A DNA stretch of 64,000 bases, taken from the NCBI GenBank assembly GCA_041752695.1, contig JBGSVZ010000035.1:64001-128000 (forward strand), read 5' to 3'. Shown piece by piece: positions 10,458 to 20,800 of the stretch. Each line of letters begins with the position of its first letter. Position 1 is the first letter of the stretch. Both the position numbers and the translations under genes were made by a program. The notes under the pieces were generated by a model. That model ran no database searches. It worked only from the letters and a program-made list of their open reading frames with translations, and was not told the DNA's origin. The DNA is from Terrimicrobiaceae bacterium (lineage in GTDB: Bacteria; Verrucomicrobiota; Verrucomicrobiia; Chthoniobacterales; Terrimicrobiaceae).

Positions 10458-11711
10458 TCAATTTAGGTGGTTGCCGATCCATGCGGGCACGTTTGGAATG
10501 TTACCGCTAAGAACGAGGAGAGCGTAAAGGCGGATAAGCGAGCCGTAATATCCGTCTTTCTCGGGAGGCAATTCCTGTAAGGCATCGAACCAGATCTTGC
10601 TGGTTTTTTCCTCCGGTTCGGAACTGGCAGCTGCAACCATGAAACTGGCAAGAAAGGCGGGGTTGCGGTATTTTCCGGTCGGCTCACCCACCAAGGTGTA
10701 CCCATCCACGATATTTTCAGGAGTTACGTGGGTGCGGGCGTCGGCCCAGGCAGCAATCTTACGGTTCATGGCGAGGTCGGCGGACGCTTTTTCCGGTCCA
10801 TACCATGCGATGTGCAGGGCGTTGTGGATGGGCAGTTGCAGAGCGTCATATTCGAACGTGTAGTCGGCAAAATAGGAAGTGTCGGCACCGGTCGGAGTGC
10901 CATCCGCCCGGCACCAATGCGGCGACAGGCCGGTAGGGCTCATTTCGACGAGCTTGACCATGAGTTCGTTCGTCGCCTCGCGCACCTGCGCCCAGACGGG
11001 ATCGGGCACGGCAGATTCCCAGACCCGCCAGAACGCCGGCTTCCAATTGGCCGGATGCAGGAGATCCTCGCCGCCCCAGACATCGCCGGGCTTAAGCAAT
11101 TTTTTCCCCGGTAAGATGCACCGTCCGCTGAGTTCTTTCGCAAGATGACGGAATTCTTCAAGATAGTTTTTGTCCTTGCCGCTACCCCATTGGATATGTG
11201 CCAGCAGCAATGCCATCGCGATGTTTTCTTCAGCCTCCACGGCCACTCCCGAGTCGCCGATTTCTCCATTGGCCAGAATTCGCCAATGCATAAAACCCGA
11301 GGGCATCAGGTAACGTTTGCGATAAGCGTTGAGACCATCAAAAATCTCCCGCGTGGATTCCTTTTTGCAGTCCATGATCGCGGCAAAAAGCATCACCCAA
11401 CCAATTCCTTCGGAATAAGTCGGACGCGGACTCCCCCCAAAATCATGCGCATCCACGATCACCCGCATTTCTCCGGGCTGGCATCCGTCGGTGACGATCA
11501 ACTGTTTGGAAATAACGTCCCATGCCACCAAACAAGCGCGATTCAGAGTCGCCTGTGAAACGCCAGGAGGGGCCATCGGGGGGTGTTTTTCCGATTGCGG
11601 AAAGGGCAGCGCCGGTTCCGCGTGAGCGGAGCCAACGGAGAAAACCAATCCGATCAATCCGACTACAAACTCAAGCCCAAGGACTCGTTTAAATAAAATG
11701 ACAGTTTTAAT
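10458..11711 (-). CDS. Glycoside hydrolase family 8-like protein (start codon uncertain: ATT 11711 or TTG 11657)
   Basis: GH8 motifs TYSEGIGW, MHWRI, AVEAEENIAMALLLA..QWG, LKPGD.WG and YDA, plus C-terminal YYGSLIRL. Confidence 0.78.
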   Translation of the reverse strand: MKTVILFKRVLGLEFVVGLIGLVFSVGSAHAEPALPFPQSEKHPPMAPPGVSQATLNRACLVAWDVISKQLIVTDGCQPGEMRVIVDAHDFGGSPRPTYSEGIGWVMLFAAIMDCKKESTREIFDGLNAYRKRYLMPSGFMHWRILANGEIGDSGVAVEAEENIAMALLLAHIQWGSGKDKNYLEEFRHLAKELSGRCILPGKKLLKPGDVWGGEDLLHPANWKPAFWRVWESAVPDPVWAQVREATNELMVKLVEMSPTGLSPHWCRADGTPTGADTSYFADYTFEYDALQLPIHNALHIAWYGPEKASADLAMNRKIAAWADARTHVTPENIVDGYTLVGEPTGKYRNPAFLASFMVAAASSEPEEKTSKIWFDALQELPPEKDGYYGSLIRLYALLVLSGNIPNVPAWIGNHLN

Positions 11712-11712
11712 G

Positions 11713-12780
11713 CTAAGGTGGTTTTAGAAACGTGATTTTCCGAGAAAGAAACTCTCGTTCATGTTTGTTGATGTCTGGAAAATATGCATAAAGAAGGACG
11801 GCGTGTTCACCCGCTAGGGTATCGGACTCTCCAAGGATTGTTGCATACCAGACTTTTGCTGTTGCTGCGGGATTCAAGAGAACAACGGGGACACTCCAGG
11901 AGATCAGATCATCGCTTTGCGACATGACAAGACTGCCGGGCCAGGTGTGGTAGACAATGACCCAGCGTTGTAAAAACGTGTTCCAATGCACAGACGGATT
12001 TCCGCCGTGCGCTTGATCAAGGTTGGGAATAGGTGTCGCTCTACCCCCAAGACCGGGCTCGCTAAATTGCCCCTCAAACCACTTCTTCCAAGTCCCCGCT
12101 TTCCCTTCGGGATCCGAGCTGCTGGCCATGCGGAGAATTCCCTCTTCTTGGAAATAACAAATATAGCGCTTTTCTTTGGCGTCCCAAATTGTGCAGTGGT
12201 CGCCCAAGCCCGACCATTCTGGCTTCTCCGGTTTGGGTTTTTCGGCCGTGAGAATCTGCACATCCTTTTTCCAGTCGCGTCCCCCATTGGCAGATTCACA
12301 ACGTGCGATGGATTTGTAGGCAATGAAAGTCGAGGATGGATCCCCGACAAAGCGATGATCCTCCGCGTGGTAGAATCCGACCATCCGTTCGCCGACTTTT
12401 GGAAAAACGGAGTACAGCCAAGAACCACCATTATCGAAATCCTTCGAGTCGCCCATGGGCAAAACCTTCCTGACTCCGCCCATTTTGAAAATCGTCTTAC
12501 CCGTGCTGCAATAGGAATCTCTTCCGGGCCAAAACATCAGCATTTCATTCCCCCGGGGGAATGCAGTCACATGCCCATCTGGACAATACGGATAAATTGG
12601 CAATGAGGGTTTTGGTGCAGAAACCAGAGTTGTCTCTTCACCAACTCGGAAGGCTTGGCCGTGGAGAGCGGCAGGTAAAGCTATGAACAATAGGGACCGA
12701 AGAGCGAGTCTCGCGAAATTTCGCGAGACCCGCAATTCCCCGACCGCAAGAAATCCTGGTGTTTTTAAGGTGGAAAGCAC
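11713..12780 (-). CDS. Secreted putative beta-propeller glycosidase-like protein
   Basis: Signal-peptide-like N-terminus; PDGH, FYHAEDH, S.NGGRDW (Asp-box-like) and S.DLISW motifs suggest a GH32/43/130-like propeller. Start placed at GTG 12780, but uncertain. Confidence 0.55.
   Translation of the reverse strand: MLSTLKTPGFLAVGELRVSRNFARLALRSLLFIALPAALHGQAFRVGEETTLVSAPKPSLPIYPYCPDGHVTAFPRGNEMLMFWPGRDSYCSTGKTIFKMGGVRKVLPMGDSKDFDNGGSWLYSVFPKVGERMVGFYHAEDHRFVGDPSSTFIAYKSIARCESANGGRDWKKDVQILTAEKPKPEKPEWSGLGDHCTIWDAKEKRYICYFQEEGILRMASSSDPEGKAGTWKKWFEGQFSEPGLGGRATPIPNLDQAHGGNPSVHWNTFLQRWVIVYHTWPGSLVMSQSDDLISWSVPVVLLNPAATAKVWYATILGESDTLAGEHAVLLYAYFPDINKHEREFLSRKITFLKPP
12708..12729. repeat. Perfect 22-bp palindrome GTCTCGCGAAATTTCGCGAGAC
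   Basis: The sequence equals its own reverse complement. Confidence 0.95.
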
Positions 12781-12787
12781 ACGATCT

Positions 12788-15511
12788 TCAGCGGGAAATT
12801 TCGACACGCACATTGTCCACCACTGACTGGATCCCGTATTCACCGGAAATTGTGATCTGAAGTTTTCCGCCAGCCTGCGCAGCGGAGACTGTCATGTCCA
12901 TCGTCAAAGTGTTCCAGCCGTTCGCGGGAGGGTTCGTTGCATAAAAGCTTGGCATTGAAACCGTTCCGTTTGGCCCATTGACCGAGTTAAAGTTCACCGT
13001 AACCGGGGACCACGGATTAGGGGATGGCCAGCCAACATCAACCCGCACTTTGATTTTTTCACCGACCGCAAGGGTCGCAGATTCGAGGACTTGCGCCATG
13101 GAACCTCCAACTACATTGGTATACGCGACACTCTTCCCTTTTGTTGGCTCGAGAGACGGAGCGGTGTAGTCAAAGATACTCCACGTCATCGTTGCCCAAT
13201 TTGTTGTCTCCGTTCCGATCCCTCCGAGCGGATTCTCAAAAGAGAAATTATCCACGACCACCGGAATTGGCGGAGCAACAATTAGGCGCACCTGCTCGAC
13301 CGACAAAACGAAGGACGAACTTCCGGTTTTAGAGCTTGTGATGCGCACTTTCATGGAACCGCCACTCAGATAGTTTGAGGCGTTGGAGGTTACCGAGACA
13401 TTGCGGGTGACCTCGCTCGTTCCAATCGTCGTGCTATCCACCTGCACCCAGGTCGAGGTGGCATAGTTCCAGAGTGAAATCTGCTGCGATGTCGAGCTCT
13501 TGCTCGACTTCGTGATCACCCTCACGCCAACGTTACTTAGAGCGGTCGGAGTTAGACCCGTCAGGGTAAAGTCAATCGTGGCAAATCGCGTCGCTCCGGT
13601 CGTCTGACTGTTAACAACGAGGAAGCTATTGTCGTCAGTCGCCGAGCTGGACGCGTTACCTGACGACAGGGTTCCCTGTACTATGGCCAAACTCGTCGGT
13701 GTAACGGCCTGAGCACCCGAGTCCTGAACCTGCACGAACAGCACTTCGTTCGCTGCGAAGTTGAGTGGAATCGCCAGACTGCTACTTCCGGGCGTATAAA
13801 CGGTGTTGCTCACGACGTTACCGGTCGCAAGGGGTGCCATCCCGTTGTTGGGGATGCTGGAGACCACCACACGGACCGAGCCGGTGCTGTTAAAGTAGGG
13901 AAGCTGATTGAGGGCGGTAATCGTCAGATTGGCTTGATTGGCTTCGTTGGCATCGTTGCCGAAGATCATCCGCACCGTATTGCCTGAGTCTTTGGCCGCG
14001 AGGCCGTTCACAAACGGACTGGGCTTGAGCGAGAGCATTGTTCCGGCGAAGTCCGCGTAGGCACGATAAACATGCCAAACCGCCCGGGGTGAGTGCGAGG
14101 TATCCCGGGTGAGCAAGTGACAGAGGTTGCCGGCCCAAAGTCCGTTACTCGAACCATCTCCCGGGACTTCATCCCACACGGCGTGCGCCGCCCCATGGAC
14201 GGCGGCGCGTTCGAGATTGGCCATGTAGGAAACGTGCTTGGCCGCGAGGGCAAACTCCTGGTTGCCGACGTACTCGTTTACGTCGATGGGACGGGCAGCA
14301 ATGCCGTTGGCCGCCATGAAGTCCCGGATTGTTTTCACTGCTGCGTTGACGTTCTTCGAGTGTTCGAGAATGTGGAACGAAACGATGTTAGGCAGCACGT
14401 TGTTGTCCCGTGCATAAACGAGGAAATCTTTGATATACTGCCCGTTGTCGGCAGCGACAAATGTTCCGGCACTCGGACCCACGATGACAGCACTGGGAGA
14501 ACTTGCCCGGATGCGCTGGTAGATGTGTTTCCAAGTGGCGAAGAATTGGGCTTGGCTTCGGCCCCAGAATTGGGCGTAGTCTGGTTCGTTCCAAAGATCC
14601 CATTCGAGGTTTACGTATCCGTTTGAGGCAGCCGAAGCCAGCAGTCCATCAACTGCTTGGTTGATCAAATCATAAGATCCGTAGCCGTTGTGGGCCGCAT
14701 CCCCCGGCCAGCCCCAGGAGGTGTGGTAGCCCGCCCACATATACTCATCCGAAACAACGACTTGCCGCCGGGCACCGGCGTTAGCGAGGCGCGACATAAA
14801 TGCCGGGGACGAGAATCCCTGAGAACCCCACCCCGGATTGCCCCCCATGTTGCCATGAAATCGAACGAGCTTCGGCTTGAGCGGCTCGAAGTAGGCCGTC
14901 GTCGGACTCGTGTCCGAAAGCCCGAAGAGAAAACCAGTGGCACGGTGCGTGACCGCTCCGGTCCCGGCTGCCAAATCCACTGTCACCGCCTGGGGGTCAT
15001 AAGTGGCCTCAATAGTCACATCATCAACAAAGAACTCCGATGTCGCGGTCGCTCCCTCAAAGAAGAGATTGAGACCGACAAGCGAGCCTGAAACCGTGTG
15101 CGTGTAACGAAGCTCCAGGGGCGTCCAAGCATCGTTGGACACCAGCGGGGTGTCTGAGCTGATATAGGTGTCGCCGGCACCATCCGTGCGTTTCATCGTC
15201 ATCCGGGAAATATCGGAACTCACATTCCGCATTCTCACCCAGGCGGTGATTCGATACGTTGTGCCGACGTTCATTTGACCAAGAAGATCCCTTACACAGC
15301 CCTGCCAGAAGTAGGTCCTCCCAGTATTGAGGCAACTGTAACTACCGCTTCGTTTCTGCTCGGTGCTGGCGGTAATGGTGCTGCCCCAATTTGTCCAGCC
15401 GGTCGTTCCGGATTCAAACCCGGGATTGCTTATGAGGTTGGCCGACTGAGCCGAGGTAACGGCTGCGATGAGGAAGGCAAGGACGTTCAGTGGGGGGAAC
15501 GGATTTTTCAT
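12788..15511 (-). CDS. Secreted CBM4/9-like + GH39-like (clan GH-A) hydrolase with two C-terminal beta-sandwich domains
   Basis: NLISNPGFESG CBM start; VTHRATGFLFGL, WDLWNEPD (acid/base) and PIDVNEY (nucleophile). Confidence 0.75.
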   Translation of the reverse strand: MKNPFPPLNVLAFLIAAVTSAQSANLISNPGFESGTTGWTNWGSTITASTEQKRSGSYSCLNTGRTYFWQGCVRDLLGQMNVGTTYRITAWVRMRNVSSDISRMTMKRTDGAGDTYISSDTPLVSNDAWTPLELRYTHTVSGSLVGLNLFFEGATATSEFFVDDVTIEATYDPQAVTVDLAAGTGAVTHRATGFLFGLSDTSPTTAYFEPLKPKLVRFHGNMGGNPGWGSQGFSSPAFMSRLANAGARRQVVVSDEYMWAGYHTSWGWPGDAAHNGYGSYDLINQAVDGLLASAASNGYVNLEWDLWNEPDYAQFWGRSQAQFFATWKHIYQRIRASSPSAVIVGPSAGTFVAADNGQYIKDFLVYARDNNVLPNIVSFHILEHSKNVNAAVKTIRDFMAANGIAARPIDVNEYVGNQEFALAAKHVSYMANLERAAVHGAAHAVWDEVPGDGSSNGLWAGNLCHLLTRDTSHSPRAVWHVYRAYADFAGTMLSLKPSPFVNGLAAKDSGNTVRMIFGNDANEANQANLTITALNQLPYFNSTGSVRVVVSSIPNNGMAPLATGNVVSNTVYTPGSSSLAIPLNFAANEVLFVQVQDSGAQAVTPTSLAIVQGTLSSGNASSSATDDNSFLVVNSQTTGATRFATIDFTLTGLTPTALSNVGVRVITKSSKSSTSQQISLWNYATSTWVQVDSTTIGTSEVTRNVSVTSNASNYLSGGSMKVRITSSKTGSSSFVLSVEQVRLIVAPPIPVVVDNFSFENPLGGIGTETTNWATMTWSIFDYTAPSLEPTKGKSVAYTNVVGGSMAQVLESATLAVGEKIKVRVDVGWPSPNPWSPVTVNFNSVNGPNGTVSMPSFYATNPPANGWNTLTMDMTVSAAQAGGKLQITISGEYGIQSVVDNVRVEISR

Positions 15512-15611
15512 GAATTTGTTATGAGGCGTTGGGCTACATCGTTATTCTATTGTGGCGGTTCCGGAAGTGGGCGATTGCTGGCGAAGGGAATGCTGATCAG
15601 AACTGGGGGCA

Positions 15612-15790
15612 TTAATCGTGACGGGGTTTCCTATGTCGGGAGGAGAAAAAAATGGCTGGCAGCACGCTTCCGACCAGAAGCAGGGCCGACGGCTCCGGGA
15701 CGACGTTCACCGTAATGATGGCTTGGTCGTCATAATCAGCTTCCGGAGGAGGTGCTCCAAATCCTGCAGCAGGATTCTGAAAACTTCCAA
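15612..15790 (-). pseudogene. Remnant 3' end of a PEP-CTERM protein gene
   Basis: The minus strand reads ...QAIITVNVVPEPSALLLVGSVLPAIF, then after a frameshift in a T-run FLLRHRKPRHD*. No intact 5' part is present. Confidence 0.75.
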
Positions 15791-15948
15791 TATGGAAACA
15801 TCAGCATAGACTTCATATTTTGCAGGGGGATTTAAAAATCTTGGACGGATCCAAGACCGCGACCATTGTGCAAACGTTTTCATTTTTGGTCAAGCTTTTT
15901 ATCCCGATTCCAGCAGAAACGGGTGCATGACGGGAAAGTTACGAATGT

Positions 15949-16458
15949 TCAGGCGGCGAGGAGATCTTTGGCGATCCAAATTGTGCAGTGGTCGCCCAAG
16001 CCCGACCATTCTGGCTTCTCCGGTTTGGGTTTTTCGGTCGTGAGAATCTGCACATCCTTTTTCCAGTCGCGTCCCCCATTGGCAGATTCACAACGTGCGA
16101 TGGATTTGTAGGCGATGAAAGTCGAGGATGGATCCCCGACAAAGCGATGATCCTTAACGTGGTAGAATCCGATCATCCGTTCGCCGACTTTCGGAAAAAC
16201 GGAGTGCAGCCAAGAATCACCATTATCGAAATCCTTCGAGTCACCCATGGGCAAAACCTTCCTGACTCCGCCCATTTTGAAAATCGTCTTACCCGTGCTG
16301 CAATAGGAATCTCTTCGGTGCCAAAACATCAGGAGTTCATTGCCGCGGGGAAAGACTGTCACGTGTCAGTCTGGGGAATACTTGTACGTCGGCAGTCCGG
16401 GTCTCGGCGTCAACAGCGCAATTAGTAGGACGGAAAGTGATGGACTCGCGAAATTCAT
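15949..16458 (-). pseudogene. Truncated paralog of the 11713-12780 propeller gene
   Basis: Reads MNFASPSLSVLLIALLTPRPGLPTYKYSPD*HVTVFPRGNELLMFW..., with an in-frame TGA and an internal deletion. About 15975-16330 is near-identical in DNA to about 12183-12540. The 3' half is missing. Confidence 0.9.
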
Positions 16459-16719
16459 GAGGAAGAGGACATTGAGCCGTTGGGTGCTCCAAAAATAACG
16501 GCGGCAAGGAACTTAAACATTTCAACGAGAACGTTCGCCACGCACACCGCGTTCCACCCTTTAGATTCCATTGTCTGCAGGAATTGGCTATCTTATGATC
16601 TTCACCAGACTGCAACGACGAAAGCAACCGAACAAATGGTCAGCGTGTTTTTTCTTGGTTTGATGCCCCCAGAAGGACGCCACCAAAGAAGATTTGTCTG
16701 AGTTGCCATAGGAAACCCC

Positions 16720-17772
16720 TCAGACCAACCGTTCTTTCTGGGTGGACCGCAGATGGATGGTTTTTTTTGTGAGATTGTGCTGAGCTTCTACGAAGCGTAT
16801 TGTCCCGCTGCGTGCCCGCATGAGCACAGAATGGGTAGTCGCCGTGGTGCCCTGCACTTGCACACCCTTGATGAGTGGCCCCGTGCTGATTCCTGTGGCG
16901 GCAAAAATAATATTCTCCCCGCGGGCGAGGTCTTTGGAGAGAAATTGATGGTTGAGTTTGTCGCCCCAGCCGCCAGCAATGAGCGACTCTCGCTCCGCAT
17001 CATCTCGCGGCCAGATCTTTGCGCGCATGCCGCCGCCGAGGCAGCGCAGGCCAGCGGCGGAGAGCACGCCTTCAGGACTGCCGCCGATGCCAGCGTAGAG
17101 ATCAATGTTGGAGGTGTGCATCGCCGGTGCCAACGCGGCAGCGATGTCGCCATCCACGATCAGTCGAAGGCAGGCACCCTTGCGTCGCACGGCTTCTATG
17201 AGGTCGCCATTGCGCGGGCGGTCCAGGGCACATACAACGACATCCCGAACCTCTTTGCCAAGAATCTTGGCGGTGACTTCAATGACCTCCTCGATGGGCG
17301 CGTCCACGTCGATGGGCAGCGAGGGATCTTTGATCCACGCATGGCGCACGGGGAGCGGATAAGCGAGTTTTTTGAGGTAGAATGCAGGGATGTCTTGCAG
17401 TGAGGAGGCTCCATCGTCTTCGACGAGTGTGGCCGCGATACAACTCAAAGAATTGGGCATGCCTTTGGCACAGTTGGTGGTGCCGTCCACGGGGTCCAGC
17501 GCGATGTCGAATCGAGGGGCATCTTTCCCCCATCGTCCAACTTTTTCCCCGATAAACAAACCGGGCGCTTCGTCCTTGATTCCTTCGCCAATGACAATCG
17601 TGCCTCGGATATTCATGAGGTCAAACATGCCACGGATGGCGTCGCAGGCCGCGGCATCGGCAGATTCTTTGTCGCCTTTGCCGAGCCATTGAAGGGTATT
17701 AAGAGCTGCGATTTCCGTAGCGCGGAGGAAATCCATTTCCAGATTTCGTTCGATGTCCGTTGGGAGATTCAT
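16720..17772 (-). CDS. glpX: Class II fructose-1,6-bisphosphatase
   Basis: Motifs VIGEGIKDEAPGL, DIALDPVDGT, LDRPRN, GIGGSPEG and FAATGIS. Confidence 0.95.
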   Translation of the reverse strand: MNLPTDIERNLEMDFLRATEIAALNTLQWLGKGDKESADAAACDAIRGMFDLMNIRGTIVIGEGIKDEAPGLFIGEKVGRWGKDAPRFDIALDPVDGTTNCAKGMPNSLSCIAATLVEDDGASSLQDIPAFYLKKLAYPLPVRHAWIKDPSLPIDVDAPIEEVIEVTAKILGKEVRDVVVCALDRPRNGDLIEAVRRKGACLRLIVDGDIAAALAPAMHTSNIDLYAGIGGSPEGVLSAAGLRCLGGGMRAKIWPRDDAERESLIAGGWGDKLNHQFLSKDLARGENIIFAATGISTGPLIKGVQVQGTTATTHSVLMRARSGTIRFVEAQHNLTKKTIHLRSTQKERLV

Positions 17773-17838
17773 GAGAAAGTTTGGTTTGTCTTGCGATCAG
17801 GAGATGTTCAAAGGAACGCGGCGAGCCCAGCGTCCTCG

Positions 17839-20800
17839 CTACTTAGTAATCGAGAGCCGGAGAAAGCGTCGCAGACCGGGATCCACGGTATCGGTAGCCC
17901 GTAGGGTTTGCACATTTCCCACGGTGCCGAGATCCTCAGTGCTCGGACTGACCAATGGCAGCCACGCGGCGCCGAGGTCAGAGACGCCCTGCACTGAGTA
18001 GGTTAGGTCGGTTGCTTGCAGATTACGGCGATAGGTGAGCTGGAGGCGTCCATTCGGAGCCACGGAGACACTAGGAGCATTCTGTGCATCGGGAATGGTC
18101 GGCTCCAAAGCCATCGCGTATTCGAGCAAGTTCGACAAACCATCTCCATCAGGGTCCGACGATGGGCTCTGAATGGAACCAAGCTTTTGGATCGACCATC
18201 CATCGTAAATGCCCGAGTTGAGAGAGAAGTTGGCTGCCACTGATGTGGCTGCATTGATGGTGAGTGAAATTGGGTTTGTTGTCCCGGATGCTCCTCCACT
18301 CCAATTGGCGAGTCGGTAGCCGGGATCAGGCGTCGCGCTGAGTTGCACAAGTGTTCCCGCACCGTAGGCCGCGGAGTTCGGAGACCGGCTGACTGTGCCG
18401 TTGCCGATGGCCGAGGTTTGGAGTGTAAAAAGTGACGGGGCTGGCGCGGAGGTGACAACCGGCAGGCCCGCCGCCGCTCGCACAACCTCGGCCCGCACAT
18501 TGTCAACCACGGTCTGAACGCCGTTCGATGCACGTGTGATTACCAACTGAAGAAAACCCCCGGATTGTGGCGTGGTGACGGTGATAGGAATGGACAAAGT
18601 GTTCCAGCCATTGGCTGGAGGTTGCGTAGCCAGGAAAGTGCCTATGGCGACGGGGCCATTTGGACCATTCACTGAAGACACCGTTACGCTACCGCCGCCC
18701 CATGTGGCGGGTGCTGGCCAGCCGAAGTCGATTCGCACCGTGACTCGATCCCCTGCTTCGAGTTTGTAGGCGTCCAGAACTTGTGTGAGCGTGCCACCTC
18801 CGTTGTTGCTGTAGCCAATTTGCGTGCCATTGGTCGGCACAAGTGTCGGTGTCATGTATGGGAAGATGGCCCACGTGCTCGTAGCCCAATTTGCGTTCTG
18901 CGTGCCAACGCCACCGAGCGCATTTTCAAATGAGAAGTTATCCACAAGGATCGATTCCACACCAGGGACTGAGACAATGGACGCGCCGGCGACCGTGAGC
19001 GTGAGGCTGCCCGAGCCACTCACATTGATCAGGTTCACAAGGTAGCTGGTCGGCGACTCTTGGGTGATGCTACCGAAGGCTGCTGTGGCACCTGTTCCAG
19101 AAATCAACACGTCTGCCGTCGAATCAAATCCTGTCACGGGCCGATCAAAGATCACACGATATTGGGCCTGCCCGGCTCCCGCGCCAGCCTGGGGGATGAT
19201 GGATGTCACTTTAGGCGCGGCAGCTTCCAAGGTGATCTCATAGGCTCCCCGCGAGGTGACGCTCAGCGGGATTTTCAGCGTGCCACTTACAGGGGTCATC
19301 ACAGAATTGGAAATCTCCGTGGGTGAGCCGAGCGCATTGAGTCCGGCAAAGGGAATTTCTCGCACCCGTACGCGCACATTTCCGGTTGTCGTGAAATCTG
19401 GTAACTGTGCCAAATTCGTGATGGTCACGCTGGTCGTGAACGATTGTGTGCCGTCGTTGCCGATCAGGATGCGTGCCTTGCCGGCTGCGGCATCCACCGA
19501 GCCCAAGCCGCTCAGGAATCCACCCGGGGTGACTGGCACTATGTTTCCAGTCATTTCCGAATACGAATGGTAAACATGCCACAAGGCTCGTGGCTGAAGG
19601 GGCGAGGTTGTCATAATGTTGTCCAAGCGACCGGGCGAGAGACCATTGGTCGTGGAGTCGGTTTGCGCTGGATCCTCGTTCCAGCAGGCGCGGATGGCGT
19701 GGCGGATATTTGTTCTCTCAAGATTGCTGAGGAAGCGGATGGTATTTCCCGGACTTTGCATGAGATCAATCCCCGGGCCTTGGTATTCGTTGACGTCGAT
19801 GGGCCGGTCGGCGATCCCATTGGCAGCCATGAAATCCCGGATGTACTGAACTTGGGAGGGGATCTCTTTCGGGTTGACCATCTCGTGCCAGCTTACGATG
19901 TTGGGCAGCACGTTGTTGTCACGCGCATAGAGCAAAAACGCCTCTAGCCAGCCCGCCCGCTCGGGGGTTGGCCCTGAAGTTACGAAATAGGCGATACTCG
20001 GTCCGACGATCACGGCATTGGGATCTTTGGCTCGCACTCGTTGGAAGGCATGCTTCCACGTTTCGAAAAACTGCGCTTGGGAGCGCCCCCAAAACTCCGC
20101 GTTGTCTGGCTCGTTCCAAAGGTCCCACTCGATCTGCCAGCCTCCTGATGCAGGAAAATTTGCCAGCGCGTGATCGACGATACTGTCAATTTTTTCATCA
20201 AGCAGTTGATAAGGAGTCTTACCGCTATGAGCCGCGTCGCCGGGCCATCCCCAGGAGTTGTGAAGCCCGAACCACATGTATTCATCAGAGATAATAACCT
20301 GCTGCTTGACTCCTGCATTCTGAAGCCGGCTCATGAATCCAGGCGACGAAAACCCACTCTGACCGCTTTCTCCTGGAGGCGTGTTGGGCAGCATGTTTGG
20401 GTTTCCCAGAAAGGCGGGGAAACGATGAATGCGGGGCTTGAGCGCCTCATAGTGCGAGGTCGACGGCAAGCGGTCGGAAAGGCCGTGAAGAAACCCTGTC
20501 GCCTTCTGCGAGACAAACGCCCCCGTCGCCCCGAGATCCACGCTGACTTGATCAATGCGAATCTCGGCATCGTCAATGTAATAGCTCCTTGTTGGATCTT
20601 GAATCCAGAGATAGAGACTGAATTCTGTTGTTGCTCCAGGGTTGACGAATGTGAAACCCCCAGAAAGCTCACTCCATTCACCGGGCGAACACACCCGCTG
20701 CTGCAAGACGGGGCCAAACGTTTCGTTCTCCCCGTTGTTTTGATAGGTTGTGAGTTGTACCGTGATATCGGAGCCCGCTGTTGGCTTGATCCAGACCGAG

